IMG/VR virus record: IMGVR_UViG_3300024046_000025
Span: 1 to 64,000 of that record
Strand: one strand, 5' to 3'
DNA length: 64,000 bases
DNA from: a virus
Lineage: Duplodnaviria > Caudoviricetes
The notes beneath the pieces were generated by a model that did no database searches, was not told the DNA's origin, and saw nothing but the letters and a program-made list of their open reading frames with translations. The translations under genes and the position numbers were made by a program. This document shows positions 16,142 through 26,011 of this stretch, piece after piece (position 1 is the stretch's first letter; each line of letters begins with the position of its first letter).

Positions 16142-17062
16142 ATGGCCGACGAACAGGAACTTTCTGCGCCCAGCGAACTGCCCGAGCAGGCAGCAATCGC
16201 CCCGGAAGCAGGAGAAACCGAAGCCCCTGAAACCATCCTCGATCCGGGCGACCAGATCGGACAGGAGGGGCAGGGCGAAGGTGATGAGGGTGAGCCGCCG
16301 ACGCTCGAATATGTTCAGATCGAGCGGAACGGCAAGCAGTATCAGGTACCGAAAGAGCTTGAGGGCGAATTCCTCATGCAGTCGGATTACACCAAGAAAA
16401 CCCAGACCGTGGCAGAGCGGGCCAAGGCACTTGACGAGCGGGAAGCCGCAATCGGCAAGCAGGCCGAAGCCACCGAGGCGGAGCTGGACGCGCGGGCAAC
16501 CCTGCGCACCATCGAGACGACACTGGCCGAATACGCCAAGCTGTCGCCACAAGACTGGCAGGCTCATATGCAGACCGATCCGCTGGGCACCCAGCAGCAT
16601 CGGATGCAGTATGAAGACCTGAAGGCCCAGAAGGCTGAACTGGAAGGTAAAATCAGCCAGGCGCAGGCCGAGCGGACTGAGAAGGCGCAGCAAGACCTTG
16701 CCAAGCGCGTTCAGGAAACCCTCGACGCTGCAATGACCATCATTCCCGGCATTACGGCCGAAACCCGTGGTCCTGCCATCGACAAGCTGGTTGCTTTCGC
16801 AAACTCGGAGGGTATTCCCGAGCAGGTGCTGAAAGACAACTGGAGCCCGACGCTCCTTGGCTTGTTGCACAAGGCCCATATCGGCGCGCTTGCCATCGCA
16901 AAGCAATCCGCTCCCAAGCCGGCACCGACGCCCCCGGCGGCCCCTCTCCAGACCGTCCGCACCGCAACAAGTCCTCAGGCGACCCGCTCGCTGGGTGACA
17001 TTGCCAAGTCCGACGACATGGAGGCCTACGCCGCTGCACGGGCAGCAGGGCGGAAGCGGTAA
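16142..17062 (+). CDS. Capsid scaffolding protein
   Basis: Acidic N-terminus, QSDYTKKTQ, coiled coils; between portal and coat. Confidence 0.8.
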   Translation: MADEQELSAPSELPEQAAIAPEAGETEAPETILDPGDQIGQEGQGEGDEGEPPTLEYVQIERNGKQYQVPKELEGEFLMQSDYTKKTQTVAERAKALDEREAAIGKQAEATEAELDARATLRTIETTLAEYAKLSPQDWQAHMQTDPLGTQQHRMQYEDLKAQKAELEGKISQAQAERTEKAQQDLAKRVQETLDAAMTIIPGITAETRGPAIDKLVAFANSEGIPEQVLKDNWSPTLLGLLHKAHIGALAIAKQSAPKPAPTPPAAPLQTVRTATSPQATRSLGDIAKSDDMEAYAAARAAGRKR

Positions 17063-17101
17063 TTCCTCACACGCCCTAGGGCGAAATTCAAAGGCAGTAA
17101 A

Positions 17102-18346
17102 ATGGCCAACCGTACTCTGACGGCGGATATCATCGCCGCCGAGGCCATTACCATTCTCGACAATGAGCTGGTGATGGCCAAGCGCGTCTTTCGTGGATAC
17201 GAGGACGATTTCTCCAAGAAGGTGAACGGCTACAAGGTGGGTGAAACCATCTCGATCCGCAAGCCGACCGACTTCACTGTCCGCGACGGCGCGGTCATGA
17301 ACGTGCAGGACGTGACCGAAGGCAAGACCACGATCACCGTGGACAAGCGCAAGGGCATCGACTTCAAGTTCACCTCGCAAGACCTGACCTTGAATATTGC
17401 CGATCTGTCCGAGCGGGTCATCAAGCCCGCCATGGTGCAGCTCGCCAACCAGGTCGATACCGATGTGATGGGGCTCTACCAGCAGGTGCCGAACTGGGTC
17501 GGCACGCCTGGCCAGGTGGTCAACTCCTATGCGGACTTCGCCAAGGCGCCTGAGCGGCTGGATGAATATGCCATCCCCTCCGAACGCTCGGCGGTCCTGT
17601 CGCCTCAGGATCATTGGGGCCTGCTTGGCTCCCAGACCGCGCTCTATATCCAGGACGCGGCCAAGGGCGCCTATCGCAAGGGCTCGCTGGGCGAAATCGG
17701 CGGTGTGGACACGTATATGTCCCAGAACGTGCCGACCCACACCACCGGCAGCCGCTCCGGCTCCCCGCTGATCGATCTCTCGATCACGGCCAGCACCATC
17801 ACCTATGACCAGGTGAAGGACACCAACCAGCAGACGATTCACATCGACACGCTGGGCGGCGCAACCCAGACCATCGCCGCCGGCGACGTGTTCACCATCG
17901 ATGGCGTCTATGCGGTCAACCCTGTGACCAAGGCCACGCTACCGTTCCTCAAGCAGTTTACCGTGGTCGAGGATGCGACGGCGACGGGTTCGGAAACCGA
18001 TCTGGTCATCTCCCCGGCGATGATCTGGACCGGCGCGTTCAAAAACGTGGATGTGCAGGGCGTCACCGATCTGAATAATCAGCCGGTGAACTTCCTTGGC
18101 GATGCGTCGAAGAACTATCGCCAGAACCTTGTGTTCCACCGGAATGCTTTCGCGCTGGTCACGGTCCCGCTGGTGTCGCCTCCGGGCGCCGTCGATGTGG
18201 CGCGCAAGTCCTACAAAGGCCTGAACGTCCGCGTCATCCCTGTCTATGACGGGGTGAACGATGAGAGCGCCTGGCGCCTGGATATCCTCTACGGCACCAA
18301 GGCGATCGACCCGCGCCTTGCCACCCGCCTCAGCGGCACGGCCTGA
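17102..18346 (+). CDS. Major capsid protein (P22 gp5 family)
   Basis: GETISIRKP, LANQVD, WRLDILYGTK. Confidence 0.92.
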   Translation: MANRTLTADIIAAEAITILDNELVMAKRVFRGYEDDFSKKVNGYKVGETISIRKPTDFTVRDGAVMNVQDVTEGKTTITVDKRKGIDFKFTSQDLTLNIADLSERVIKPAMVQLANQVDTDVMGLYQQVPNWVGTPGQVVNSYADFAKAPERLDEYAIPSERSAVLSPQDHWGLLGSQTALYIQDAAKGAYRKGSLGEIGGVDTYMSQNVPTHTTGSRSGSPLIDLSITASTITYDQVKDTNQQTIHIDTLGGATQTIAAGDVFTIDGVYAVNPVTKATLPFLKQFTVVEDATATGSETDLVISPAMIWTGAFKNVDVQGVTDLNNQPVNFLGDASKNYRQNLVFHRNAFALVTVPLVSPPGAVDVARKSYKGLNVRVIPVYDGVNDESAWRLDILYGTKAIDPRLATRLSGTA

Positions 18347-18352
18347 TGCTGT

Positions 18353-18690
18353 CGGCGGGGCTTCGGTCCCGCCGCTTCCGCTTCCTCTCCCTCAATTCAT
18401 GAAAGGATAGTCTCATGGCTATCAAACAGCTTTCCGATGGCGGCCCGGATGGGGTGGCGCTCGGGCAGACTAACGACAAGATCGGTTTTCTGGGTGCTGC
18501 GCCTTCGGCTAAGGCCACCGGATTCACCGCGCCAGCAGCCACCGCCGCTACGAGCACGACGCCGTTTGGGTTCAGCGAGGCTCAGGCCAATGCCATCGTG
18601 GCATGGATTCGAGCCGCTGACGCTGAACTGAAGGCCAAGGGCCTGATCGGGGCCTAATGCAATGGCGGGGGCTTCGGTCCCTGCCACTTT
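18353..18690 (+). repeat. Two near-identical CTTCGG-loop hairpins (18353-18374, 18663-18690) flanking the gene after the coat gene
   Basis: CGGCGGGGC-TTCG-GTCCCGCCG and TGGCGGGGGC-TTCG-GTCCCTGCCA-CTTTT. Confidence 0.7.
18415..18657 (+). CDS. Small structural (decoration-like) protein
   Basis: Position after coat gene; C-terminal LKAKGLI. Confidence 0.65.
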   Translation: MAIKQLSDGGPDGVALGQTNDKIGFLGAAPSAKATGFTAPAATAATSTTPFGFSEAQANAIVAWIRAADAELKAKGLIGA

Positions 18691-18702
18691 TCGAGGCGCG
18701 CC

Positions 18703-19341
18703 ATGAATTATGCTGAGCTACAGGCCGAAGCCATCGACTGGATGGAGCGGAGCGGCCAGGCGACCAAGGCCCCGCTCTGGATAAAGCTGGCTGAAGCGCG
18801 CTTCAATCGTGAGCTTGGCGTGGTCGAGCTAAGCGCAGGCCTGACGGGGGTTCAGGCATCCCGTAACGTCAGCATTTCAGCGCTCGCCATGGAGCGGCCC
18901 ATTGCGTTGCTCATGTCCGAGGCCGGCAGCGACGAAGAAACCCTGACGCCCAAGGCAGAGGGGACGTTTGAGTATCGCGCCAGCACCGGCAGGCCAAAAT
19001 TCTGGGCAATCGACGGAGAGAATATCGCGCTCGACTGCCCTCTGGACAAGGCCTACTCCTTCAGGCTGCGCTATCGCCAGCGCTTTGCGCTTTCCGATAC
19101 CGTGCCGACCAATTGGCTTCTCGACAACCATCCTGATCTGTATCTGGCCGGGGTGCTGGTCTGGGGGGCGGGCTACAACCAGGACTGGCCGAATGGCACG
19201 ATCTGGAAGCAAATTATCGAAGAAAGCATTCCGCAGGTCAGAAGCCAGATTGCGCAGTCCAAACGTGGCACCGCAACGGTTGATCCGGCGCTTGCCATGG
19301 TGTCGCGTGGCTCGCGTTACGGCATGCAAAGGATCGGCTGA
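18703..19341 (+). CDS. Head-tail adaptor protein
   Basis: MNYAELQAEAIDW, NWLLDNHPDLYL; position. Confidence 0.75.
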   Translation: MNYAELQAEAIDWMERSGQATKAPLWIKLAEARFNRELGVVELSAGLTGVQASRNVSISALAMERPIALLMSEAGSDEETLTPKAEGTFEYRASTGRPKFWAIDGENIALDCPLDKAYSFRLRYRQRFALSDTVPTNWLLDNHPDLYLAGVLVWGAGYNQDWPNGTIWKQIIEESIPQVRSQIAQSKRGTATVDPALAMVSRGSRYGMQRIG

Positions 19342-20813
19342 TGCAGTTCCCCTTCGGCCCGCTTGCGCCCGACAGAACGGCAGGGACGCCCGGTATTTGT
19401 CTGGTGGCGAACAATGTGCTGCCCAAGGCCATGGGGTACGGACCTCGGGCGCAATTGGTGACGGTGGAAACCGCAGGCGCGCTTCCCGGTGAACCACGAG
19501 GCATGATTACCTGTCTCAAGCGGAACGGCTCGACGGAGGTTTTCGGCTTCACAGTGGACTCGCTCTATCGGCTTGGAGCCGATTTCACATGGACGCAGAT
19601 CGAGACGGGGTTCAACTGCACCAGCGGGGACGATTGGTCTTGCGTCCAGTTTGGCAATTTCTTGCTGTTCACCAATACAAGCGACGGCCTTTGGGCCTAT
19701 GACATGGAGTTCGGCGGTTCCCCCACATATATCCCGGAGGCCGGCGACCCCCGCGAAATTGAAGTCATCGCGAACATGGTGTTCGCCTTGGACTGCAAGG
19801 ACGATCAGGGCGACCGTAATAACCGGCTGATCCGCAATAGCGACTTCAACAGCCACTTGGAATGGTCCAAGCGGGCGGCGGACCAGCAACCCCTTGAAAC
19901 GGGCGGCGAGCTGCGAGGCGCGTTCAATCTGCGAAACGGCGCGGCGGTGATCTTGCAGGCCACAGCCATGCGGCTGTTGCAGTTCGGCAATGCCGGCGGC
20001 GGTGCGCTCTATTCCTTGCAGGAAATCAGTCTTGAGCGCGGCGTGGTGGGGCGGAAATCCTGCGTTGCCTTTGATGGCGTGCTCTATGGCATTTCCACCA
20101 ATGGCTATTTCCGGTTCTCGCTCAGCGCTGGGCTGGAAATGATCGGCGCGCATTTTATCGATGAGCAATTGCTGTCACGCGTTGGCCTGCCGGATTTGCC
20201 GAAGGTTCAAGGCGCAATTGATCCGGCTCGGAAAATCGTGCTTTGGCGCTACCCGGAAAAAGGCGCGGCCGATCCTAACCGCACCTCGTCGCTTTACGGC
20301 TATCGCTGGGATACCCCAGAAAACCCCTGGTTCACCTGGGATGAGGAAATTACCTATCTCAGCCGCGTGGCAACGGCGGGCTATACGCTGGAAGACCTCG
20401 ACGCCTTCGGCACGGTGGACAGCATCACCATTTCCTGGGACGACAGGTTTTGGCAGGGCGGCCAGCAGGTCTTTGCCGCCCTCGGGCCTGATCTAAAATA
20501 CGCGACCTTCTCGGGGCCCAATGCTGCGGCGCGCATTGTCACCTCCACGCAAAACAGCCCCATATCGACCCTGATCGGCTGGGCAACGCCCATTGACGAC
20601 TGCCCCAATTCGATGCTGGCCCTGGGCGCGGCCGATGCGCTCTCGGACGCGTTGGCTTGGAAGCCGGCGGCGACGAAGGTTTCAGGTGGGCGCGTTCCGA
20701 TGCGGGGCAGGGGCCTAAACATCGCCTTTGACTGGTCTGCTCCTGCCGGGGCGATCTGGTCCTACGCCCATGGCGTGGATCACATCAAGGCAGCAGGAGG
20801 CGGCCCGAAATGA
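19341..20813 (+). CDS. Tail hub/nozzle protein (P22 gp10-like)
   Basis: 490-aa beta-propeller-like; position after adaptor. Confidence 0.65.
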   Translation: MQFPFGPLAPDRTAGTPGICLVANNVLPKAMGYGPRAQLVTVETAGALPGEPRGMITCLKRNGSTEVFGFTVDSLYRLGADFTWTQIETGFNCTSGDDWSCVQFGNFLLFTNTSDGLWAYDMEFGGSPTYIPEAGDPREIEVIANMVFALDCKDDQGDRNNRLIRNSDFNSHLEWSKRAADQQPLETGGELRGAFNLRNGAAVILQATAMRLLQFGNAGGGALYSLQEISLERGVVGRKSCVAFDGVLYGISTNGYFRFSLSAGLEMIGAHFIDEQLLSRVGLPDLPKVQGAIDPARKIVLWRYPEKGAADPNRTSSLYGYRWDTPENPWFTWDEEITYLSRVATAGYTLEDLDAFGTVDSITISWDDRFWQGGQQVFAALGPDLKYATFSGPNAAARIVTSTQNSPISTLIGWATPIDDCPNSMLALGAADALSDALAWKPAATKVSGGRVPMRGRGLNIAFDWSAPAGAIWSYAHGVDHIKAAGGGPK

Positions 20814-21166
20814 GCTACACCGTCAATGGTGGGGCAATCCTCACCGAATGCGTCAGCCTTGATGGCGATACGCCGGCCGACCTCATGACGGCGGCGGGCA
20901 AAACGCTTGTCGTGGCCCTCTATGTGGCGGAGACGGGTGGAAGTACCCCCAGCGTCACCATTGAGAAATTCGACGGCTCCATGTCCTGCTATCTGCTCAA
21001 GGACGCGGCATTGCAGGCCGGCGAGCTGATACGCTTGGATATTCTGGTCAACCTCAAGAACGGAGACATTCTCCGGGCAACGGGTTCATCCGGCGGTTCC
21101 ATGGACGTCTGGGTATCCTATATGGCGGCCGATAAGACTGCGCTGGGCTCGCCCGGCTGGCGCTGA
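20810..21166 (+). CDS. Hypothetical structural protein
   Basis: ATGA overlap; beta-rich. Confidence 0.65.
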   Translation: MSYTVNGGAILTECVSLDGDTPADLMTAAGKTLVVALYVAETGGSTPSVTIEKFDGSMSCYLLKDAALQAGELIRLDILVNLKNGDILRATGSSGGSMDVWVSYMAADKTALGSPGWR

Positions 21167-21585
21167 TGCAGGTCACATTGCTGGATACGGCCCAGATCGA
21201 CCGCAATTGGGATGCGATAGTCGAGATGCTGGCGCCGGCGCTCAGGCATGATCCCGAATTCGACATGGACGGGCTTTATGGGCGGCTGATGGACCGCTCT
21301 TCATTGCTGTTCCATGGCAGCGATGGCGCTGAGGGGCTTCTGGTTGTTTCAGTCGATGATGAGGGTGGTGACCTGATCGCGTCCACCATTGCGATTGCTG
21401 GGCGCTTCATCGGCGGACCAAAGGCGAGGTTGGGCCTGATGCGCCAAGGCATCAGGGCGATTGAAGATGTGGCCCGAATTGCTGGATGCAAAGAGCATCG
21501 CATCGCCGGGCGGGATTATTCACGGTTTTTCTCCGATTACGAGCCCCTCCATGGGCCGCGTAACGGGCTGACAAAGAGGCTCTAG
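21166..21585 (+). CDS. GNAT-fold-like tail assembly protein (P22 gp14 position)
   Basis: Position before ejection genes; EDVARIAGCKEHRIAGR. Confidence 0.5.
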   Translation: MQVTLLDTAQIDRNWDAIVEMLAPALRHDPEFDMDGLYGRLMDRSSLLFHGSDGAEGLLVVSVDDEGGDLIASTIAIAGRFIGGPKARLGLMRQGIRAIEDVARIAGCKEHRIAGRDYSRFFSDYEPLHGPRNGLTKRL

Positions 21586-21586
21586 C

Positions 21587-22306
21587 ATGGGCGGTCAAAC
21601 CACCAACACCACGACGCAGACCAGCGGACTTTCCAACCCTGGAATGAACGCTGCGGCCACCACCATCGGCAACCAGCTCAACTCGGCGCTGGCAGGCGGG
21701 GTGAAGCCTTATACGCAAAGCCTTGTCCCTGACCTTTCGAGCCAGACGCAGGCGGGTATCTCCGGGCTGACGGGTAACCCCAACAATTCGATTTTCTCGC
21801 AGGGCATTTCCGACACCCTTCGCGGCCAGGCCGATATTGCCGCGGGGAATGTCCAGAACGATGCATTGCGCCAGCGGGCGCTGGATGATGCACTGACGGC
21901 CAGCAATTCGGTGTTTACGTCCTCGGGCCGGTTCGGCTCCGGCTCCCATGCGGAAAACATGGCAGAGGGGGCAACAAACGCGCTGGCCTCTCTCGACTAT
22001 GGGAGACAGCAGCAGGCCATCCAGAACCTTCCGGGGCTCTATCAGGCGTCCATGATGCCGGCGTCGGCGCAATTGCAGGCGGGCCAGCTTATGGACACCT
22101 ACAATACCGCACGGGCGCAGGATGCAGAGCGCATTTGGGATGCCACGAACAACGCGAACTGGAACACGTTGCAGCGCGGCGGATCGATCTTTGCGGGCAC
22201 GGCGCCAGTTTCGGGGACCAAAACGAGCGGAACGCAGACCACGGATCACCCGTGGTGGATGGGGCCGGCTGTAATCGGCGGAACCATCGCCAGCGCCATT
22301 TTCTAG
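21587..22306 (+). CDS. DNA ejection/pilot protein (gp7-like)
   Basis: Gly/Ala/Gln-rich, MGGQTTNTTTQT start, hydrophobic C-terminus. Confidence 0.65.
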   Translation: MGGQTTNTTTQTSGLSNPGMNAAATTIGNQLNSALAGGVKPYTQSLVPDLSSQTQAGISGLTGNPNNSIFSQGISDTLRGQADIAAGNVQNDALRQRALDDALTASNSVFTSSGRFGSGSHAENMAEGATNALASLDYGRQQQAIQNLPGLYQASMMPASAQLQAGQLMDTYNTARAQDAERIWDATNNANWNTLQRGGSIFAGTAPVSGTKTSGTQTTDHPWWMGPAVIGGTIASAIF

Positions 22307-22316
22307 GAGGCCTTTC

Positions 22317-23219
22317 ATGGCTGATTTCAAGTTTCAGCGCATCGGCCAGATGCTCGGTTGGGGCGACAACCCGATCTATAAGAGCTTTGACGCCAATCGC
22401 AGCGCCCTGATGCAGGGCTTTGCGGGGCTCGGCATGGACCCGATGAACCCCGCCGCTGGTTTCGCGCAGGGATTTGCGCGGGGGACCGAGATTGACCGCG
22501 ACCTTGCCAAAGAGCAGCAGGAGCAGGCGCGCCAAGACGAGATGCGCCAGCGGTACGCCCAAACCCTTTCAGGGTGGGGCGGTGAATACGGCGATTTGGC
22601 CGAAGCTGTTCTGGCGGGCGGTATCGAGCCAGCCGACGCGTATATGACCGCATGGCAGCGGCGGTATGCGCCTCAGTCTGCGCCCGACCCGACCACGGCG
22701 ATACAGGAATACCAATACGCTCAGGGGCAGGGGTACGGCGGCACCTTCGAGCAGTGGAAAACTGATGTTGCCAAGGCTGGCGCCACGAACATTGATTTCA
22801 ATCAGAGCCAGGGCGTTGCTGCTGGATATGCCGACCGCATGGCAGCGGCCAACGCTATCCTTGAAGATCCCAAACTGACCCAAGCCCAGACTGATGTTGG
22901 CCAGCAGTGGTTGGGCGGTATTCCAGTCGTCGGGAACTTCCTGACCTCGGAAGAAAAGAAGAAGGCCGATCAGGCGCAGCGTGATTTCGTGAACGCTATC
23001 CTCCGTCGAGAGTCTGGGGCCGTGATTTCAGAGTCTGAGTTTGCCAGCGCAGCGCAGCAGTATTTCCCGCAGCCCGGCGACACCCCCGCCGTCATCGAGC
23101 AAAAGCGCAAGAACCGTGAAATGGCGATTCAGGGCGTGGCGCGTTCGGCGGGGCCGAATTATCAATCCCCGACGCTGACGCCAGCGGGGGTTGTCCCATA
23201 CACTGAGTTTTTTAGGTAG
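22317..23219 (+). CDS. DNA ejection protein (gp20-like)
   Basis: Helical; AILRRESGAVISESEFASAAQQYFPQPGD. Confidence 0.65.
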   Translation: MADFKFQRIGQMLGWGDNPIYKSFDANRSALMQGFAGLGMDPMNPAAGFAQGFARGTEIDRDLAKEQQEQARQDEMRQRYAQTLSGWGGEYGDLAEAVLAGGIEPADAYMTAWQRRYAPQSAPDPTTAIQEYQYAQGQGYGGTFEQWKTDVAKAGATNIDFNQSQGVAAGYADRMAAANAILEDPKLTQAQTDVGQQWLGGIPVVGNFLTSEEKKKADQAQRDFVNAILRRESGAVISESEFASAAQQYFPQPGDTPAVIEQKRKNREMAIQGVARSAGPNYQSPTLTPAGVVPYTEFFR

Positions 23220-23223
23220 CCCC

Positions 23224-24888
23224 ATGCCCATCGTCACGATGCCGGACGGCACCAATGTGCAGTTTCCCGATGATATGCCGCGCGAGCAAATCAGGGGCTT
23301 GATCGCATCCAAATTCCCGGACCTTGCAGCGCAACAGCCTCAGCCTGTTGATGGCATCGCGCAGCCCCCGGCCGGCCTTCGCCCCGGAACGCCTGAATAT
23401 GCACAATGGGCCGCGCAGCAGGCTCAGGCCGGCAATGCGCTGCCCCAGGTCGGGCAGCACCAGACCACGGAAAGCTCCATCCTCGACCCGTTCGTTCAGG
23501 GCGCGACTTTCGGCTGGGGCGACGAGCTGCGCGGTGCGGTGCAGGGCGGACTTGCTGCGATGCAGGGCGGCGATTTCGGCTCGGTCTATAATCAGGTCGT
23601 GGATGAGAGCCGGAATGCGCTGGATCGGGAGCGACGGGTTAATCCGGTGGGGTCTATTGCCGCCGAAATAGCAGGGGCCATCCCCACGGGCATGATGGCG
23701 GGCGGGCAATTGGCGGGGAGGGGGGCGACACTGTTGGGGCGAATGGCCACCACAGGGGGCATTGGGTTCGGGCAGGGGGCGGTCTATGGCGCCGGCAGCT
23801 CTGATGGGAGCATCTCGGATCGGGCGCGCGCAGGCGCAATATCCAGCGCAGTCGGTGCAGGTGTCGGCGCGGCCATCCCTCTCGCCGGCAATGCGATTTC
23901 CAACCTGATCCAGAAAAGCCAGCAGGGACGTATTCTTGATGCTGCGGCGAAGGTGGCTCCGACCGCCGATGACCTGCGATCCGCAGCATCGAATTTGTTC
24001 GAGCAGGCGACGGGCGGCACTCCGCTTGCCATCAACGATAATGCTTATATGCGGCTCTTGGGCGATGTGCAGCAATTCGGCCAGAAGCTCCGCATCAACC
24101 CGAACCTTGACCAGAAATCCATCGGCCTGTGGGAAATGATGCGCTCGATTGCTGATGATGTTGCCCAAGGCGGCGTCGTGATCGACATGAAGGATATGCA
24201 CCTTTTGAGGCAAGCCGCGCAGCGCGTGGCCATGTCCTCGGAAGGCCGCGATGCTGCGTTCGCAAACACGGTCATCAACAAGCTGGATGATTTCGTCCAG
24301 ACATTGAAGCCCGCCGACATTCTCGGCGGCACTGATCCGTCACGGGCCACAAAGGCACTATACAGTGGCATCTCAACATGGTCCCGCGCCAATAAGGTTG
24401 GAATGATTGAGGAGGCCATTCGCATTGGACAGGCGGCTGCATCCGGTCCTGAAAAAGGTATTCGGAATGCCCTCCGCACCATGATCTTCAAGAAGCCCGA
24501 TATATGGCGCCGGTTTAATGCCGCTGAACAGCAGGCCATCAAGGATGTAATCGACGGCACCCCCGGCTCTAACCTGATGAAGCTCGTCGGTACATTCGGC
24601 TTCGGCGGCAACACAGCAACGAATGGCATCGGTGGCGCTGCTGGAATGGCCCTCGGTCAAATGGCCGCCGGGCCGGTTGGCATGGTGGCGGGGCCGGTGC
24701 TGGGCTCCATCGGGCGCAACGCCTCGGAGCGTATGACGGAAGGGCTTGCTCAGCGGGCGATGGGCGCCGCTGCAACGGAAGGCTTGAAGGTGCTGCCCAG
24801 TATCAACCCCAACCAGGCAACGCCGATTGAGGTTCTGCTTCGACGGACACTCGGGCCGAATGCCGGCGGATCAGTCGCGCCGCGATAG
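23224..24888 (+). CDS. DNA ejection protein (gp16-like)
   Basis: MPDGTNVQFPDDM start, QGATFGWGDEL, Gly-rich membrane-like segments. Confidence 0.7.
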   Translation: MPIVTMPDGTNVQFPDDMPREQIRGLIASKFPDLAAQQPQPVDGIAQPPAGLRPGTPEYAQWAAQQAQAGNALPQVGQHQTTESSILDPFVQGATFGWGDELRGAVQGGLAAMQGGDFGSVYNQVVDESRNALDRERRVNPVGSIAAEIAGAIPTGMMAGGQLAGRGATLLGRMATTGGIGFGQGAVYGAGSSDGSISDRARAGAISSAVGAGVGAAIPLAGNAISNLIQKSQQGRILDAAAKVAPTADDLRSAASNLFEQATGGTPLAINDNAYMRLLGDVQQFGQKLRINPNLDQKSIGLWEMMRSIADDVAQGGVVIDMKDMHLLRQAAQRVAMSSEGRDAAFANTVINKLDDFVQTLKPADILGGTDPSRATKALYSGISTWSRANKVGMIEEAIRIGQAAASGPEKGIRNALRTMIFKKPDIWRRFNAAEQQAIKDVIDGTPGSNLMKLVGTFGFGGNTATNGIGGAAGMALGQMAAGPVGMVAGPVLGSIGRNASERMTEGLAQRAMGAAATEGLKVLPSINPNQATPIEVLLRRTLGPNAGGSVAPR

Positions 24889-25092
24889 AAAGTAGTGCGG
24901 AAATACGAGTATCAACACGGCCATGGAGAGGGCGCCAAAGCCCATTAGCGCCCAACTGAGCGGCTCGGTAAAGCCATTGGCAAAAGCTCCAAGAAAAACC
25001 GCGCCGGCCGGGACTGCCAGCCACCACCGGCTCATAGGCTTGAGCTCGTAGAGGTGGGAGTGCTTTCGGGGGTCTTGGTCAATTTGTTTCAC
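24871..25092 (-). CDS. Small two-TM membrane protein (moron)
   Basis: GTG start with GAGG RBS; two hydrophobic helices. Confidence 0.6.
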   Translation of the reverse strand: MKQIDQDPRKHSHLYELKPMSRWWLAVPAGAVFLGAFANGFTEPLSWALMGFGALSMAVLILVFPHYFLSRRD

Positions 25093-25414
25093 TGTCCGCC
25101 CTCGGGTTGAGAATGTCGGGGCGGGACCGGCCATATCGAAAACGGGCAACCTGGTGATGATAGTCAGGTTCAAGGCGGTCCAGCGCTTCTTCGATCGCAT
25201 CGAGGTCCATTTCGATGTTTTCGAACTTCACTGTGAAATGCGCATAGACCAGCGCAGTCATAATCATTGCAAAAGCCGGCGTCCAAGAGTGCCAGGTTTC
25301 AGGGCCAACAACTGAGCTGACCCACCATACCCCACCAACAAAAAGTGCCGGGAATATAAACTTTCGTAGGCCCGTAGGGTGCTTTTTCATCTCAGGCATT
25401 GGAGGCTTTTCCAA
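25079..25414 (-). CDS. Two-TM membrane protein with coiled coil (moron)
   Basis: FIFPALFVGGVWWVSSV, WTPAFAMIMTALVYAHF; low GC. Confidence 0.65.
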   Translation of the reverse strand: MEKPPMPEMKKHPTGLRKFIFPALFVGGVWWVSSVVGPETWHSWTPAFAMIMTALVYAHFTVKFENIEMDLDAIEEALDRLEPDYHHQVARFRYGRSRPDILNPRADSETN

Positions 25415-25442
25415 TCGTAGAAGTCATAGCTTCTACCGGATT

Positions 25443-25637
25443 TCATCGCGCAACCTCGTCATCAAAAACACGAATGCCTCTCTCGTCTAGCAGTCTATTC
25501 ACGCGCACTTCCAACGCATGAATTTGCCATGAGACTGCCAAGACAAACAACGCTAGGACCGCTGCCCACCACGGGGCTTGGCCTAAGAATGCGTAGATGA
25601 CTATCAGGGCGGCCAAGATTAAGTATCGGGTTTTCAT
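25443..25637 (-). CDS. Small two-TM membrane protein (moron)
   Basis: YLILAALIVIYAFLG...WWAAVLALFVLAVSW. Confidence 0.65.
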   Translation of the reverse strand: MKTRYLILAALIVIYAFLGQAPWWAAVLALFVLAVSWQIHALEVRVNRLLDERGIRVFDDEVAR

Positions 25638-25652
25638 GGGCTTGTCACAATT

Positions 25653-25937
25653 TCATGCGGCGCGATCATTCTCTGCCTTCTCAAGCACCGACCACCAGTA
25701 ATCAATGCCAACAAAGAGTAGGGCAGGAAGGCCGTACATAGCCGCCGTAGTTAGGCTAAAGCCCGTCCCGTTGGCAAAGCCAAATCCTGCCAGAACGAAA
25801 GCCACAACAAACGCAGTAGCGTGCGACCAAAATAGGAAATGGCCTGGGACTAAGCGCCTAAAGACGAAATTAGTCAGCCGCGAAAGAAGTCCATACCCGA
25901 TCAGCATACCGCCCAGCAGGGCCATTTCATAAGTCAT
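25653..25937 (-). CDS. Three-TM membrane protein (moron)
   Basis: AGGGGG RBS; three hydrophobic segments. Confidence 0.65.
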   Translation of the reverse strand: MTYEMALLGGMLIGYGLLSRLTNFVFRRLVPGHFLFWSHATAFVVAFVLAGFGFANGTGFSLTTAAMYGLPALLFVGIDYWWSVLEKAENDRAA

Positions 25938-26011
25938 TCGCTCACCCCCTTTAGTTCCCTACTAAATCGTTACCGGGAGATTTCGGGGTTGTCGATAGAA
26001 TTGGAACGCGC

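Noticed and set aside
14570-17842. 1090-aa minus-strand ORF (also 2026-3969, 50561-52873, 55900-57921, 58343-60058 and similar)
   Set aside because: Antisense shadows of strongly GC3-biased real genes; no motifs or RBS
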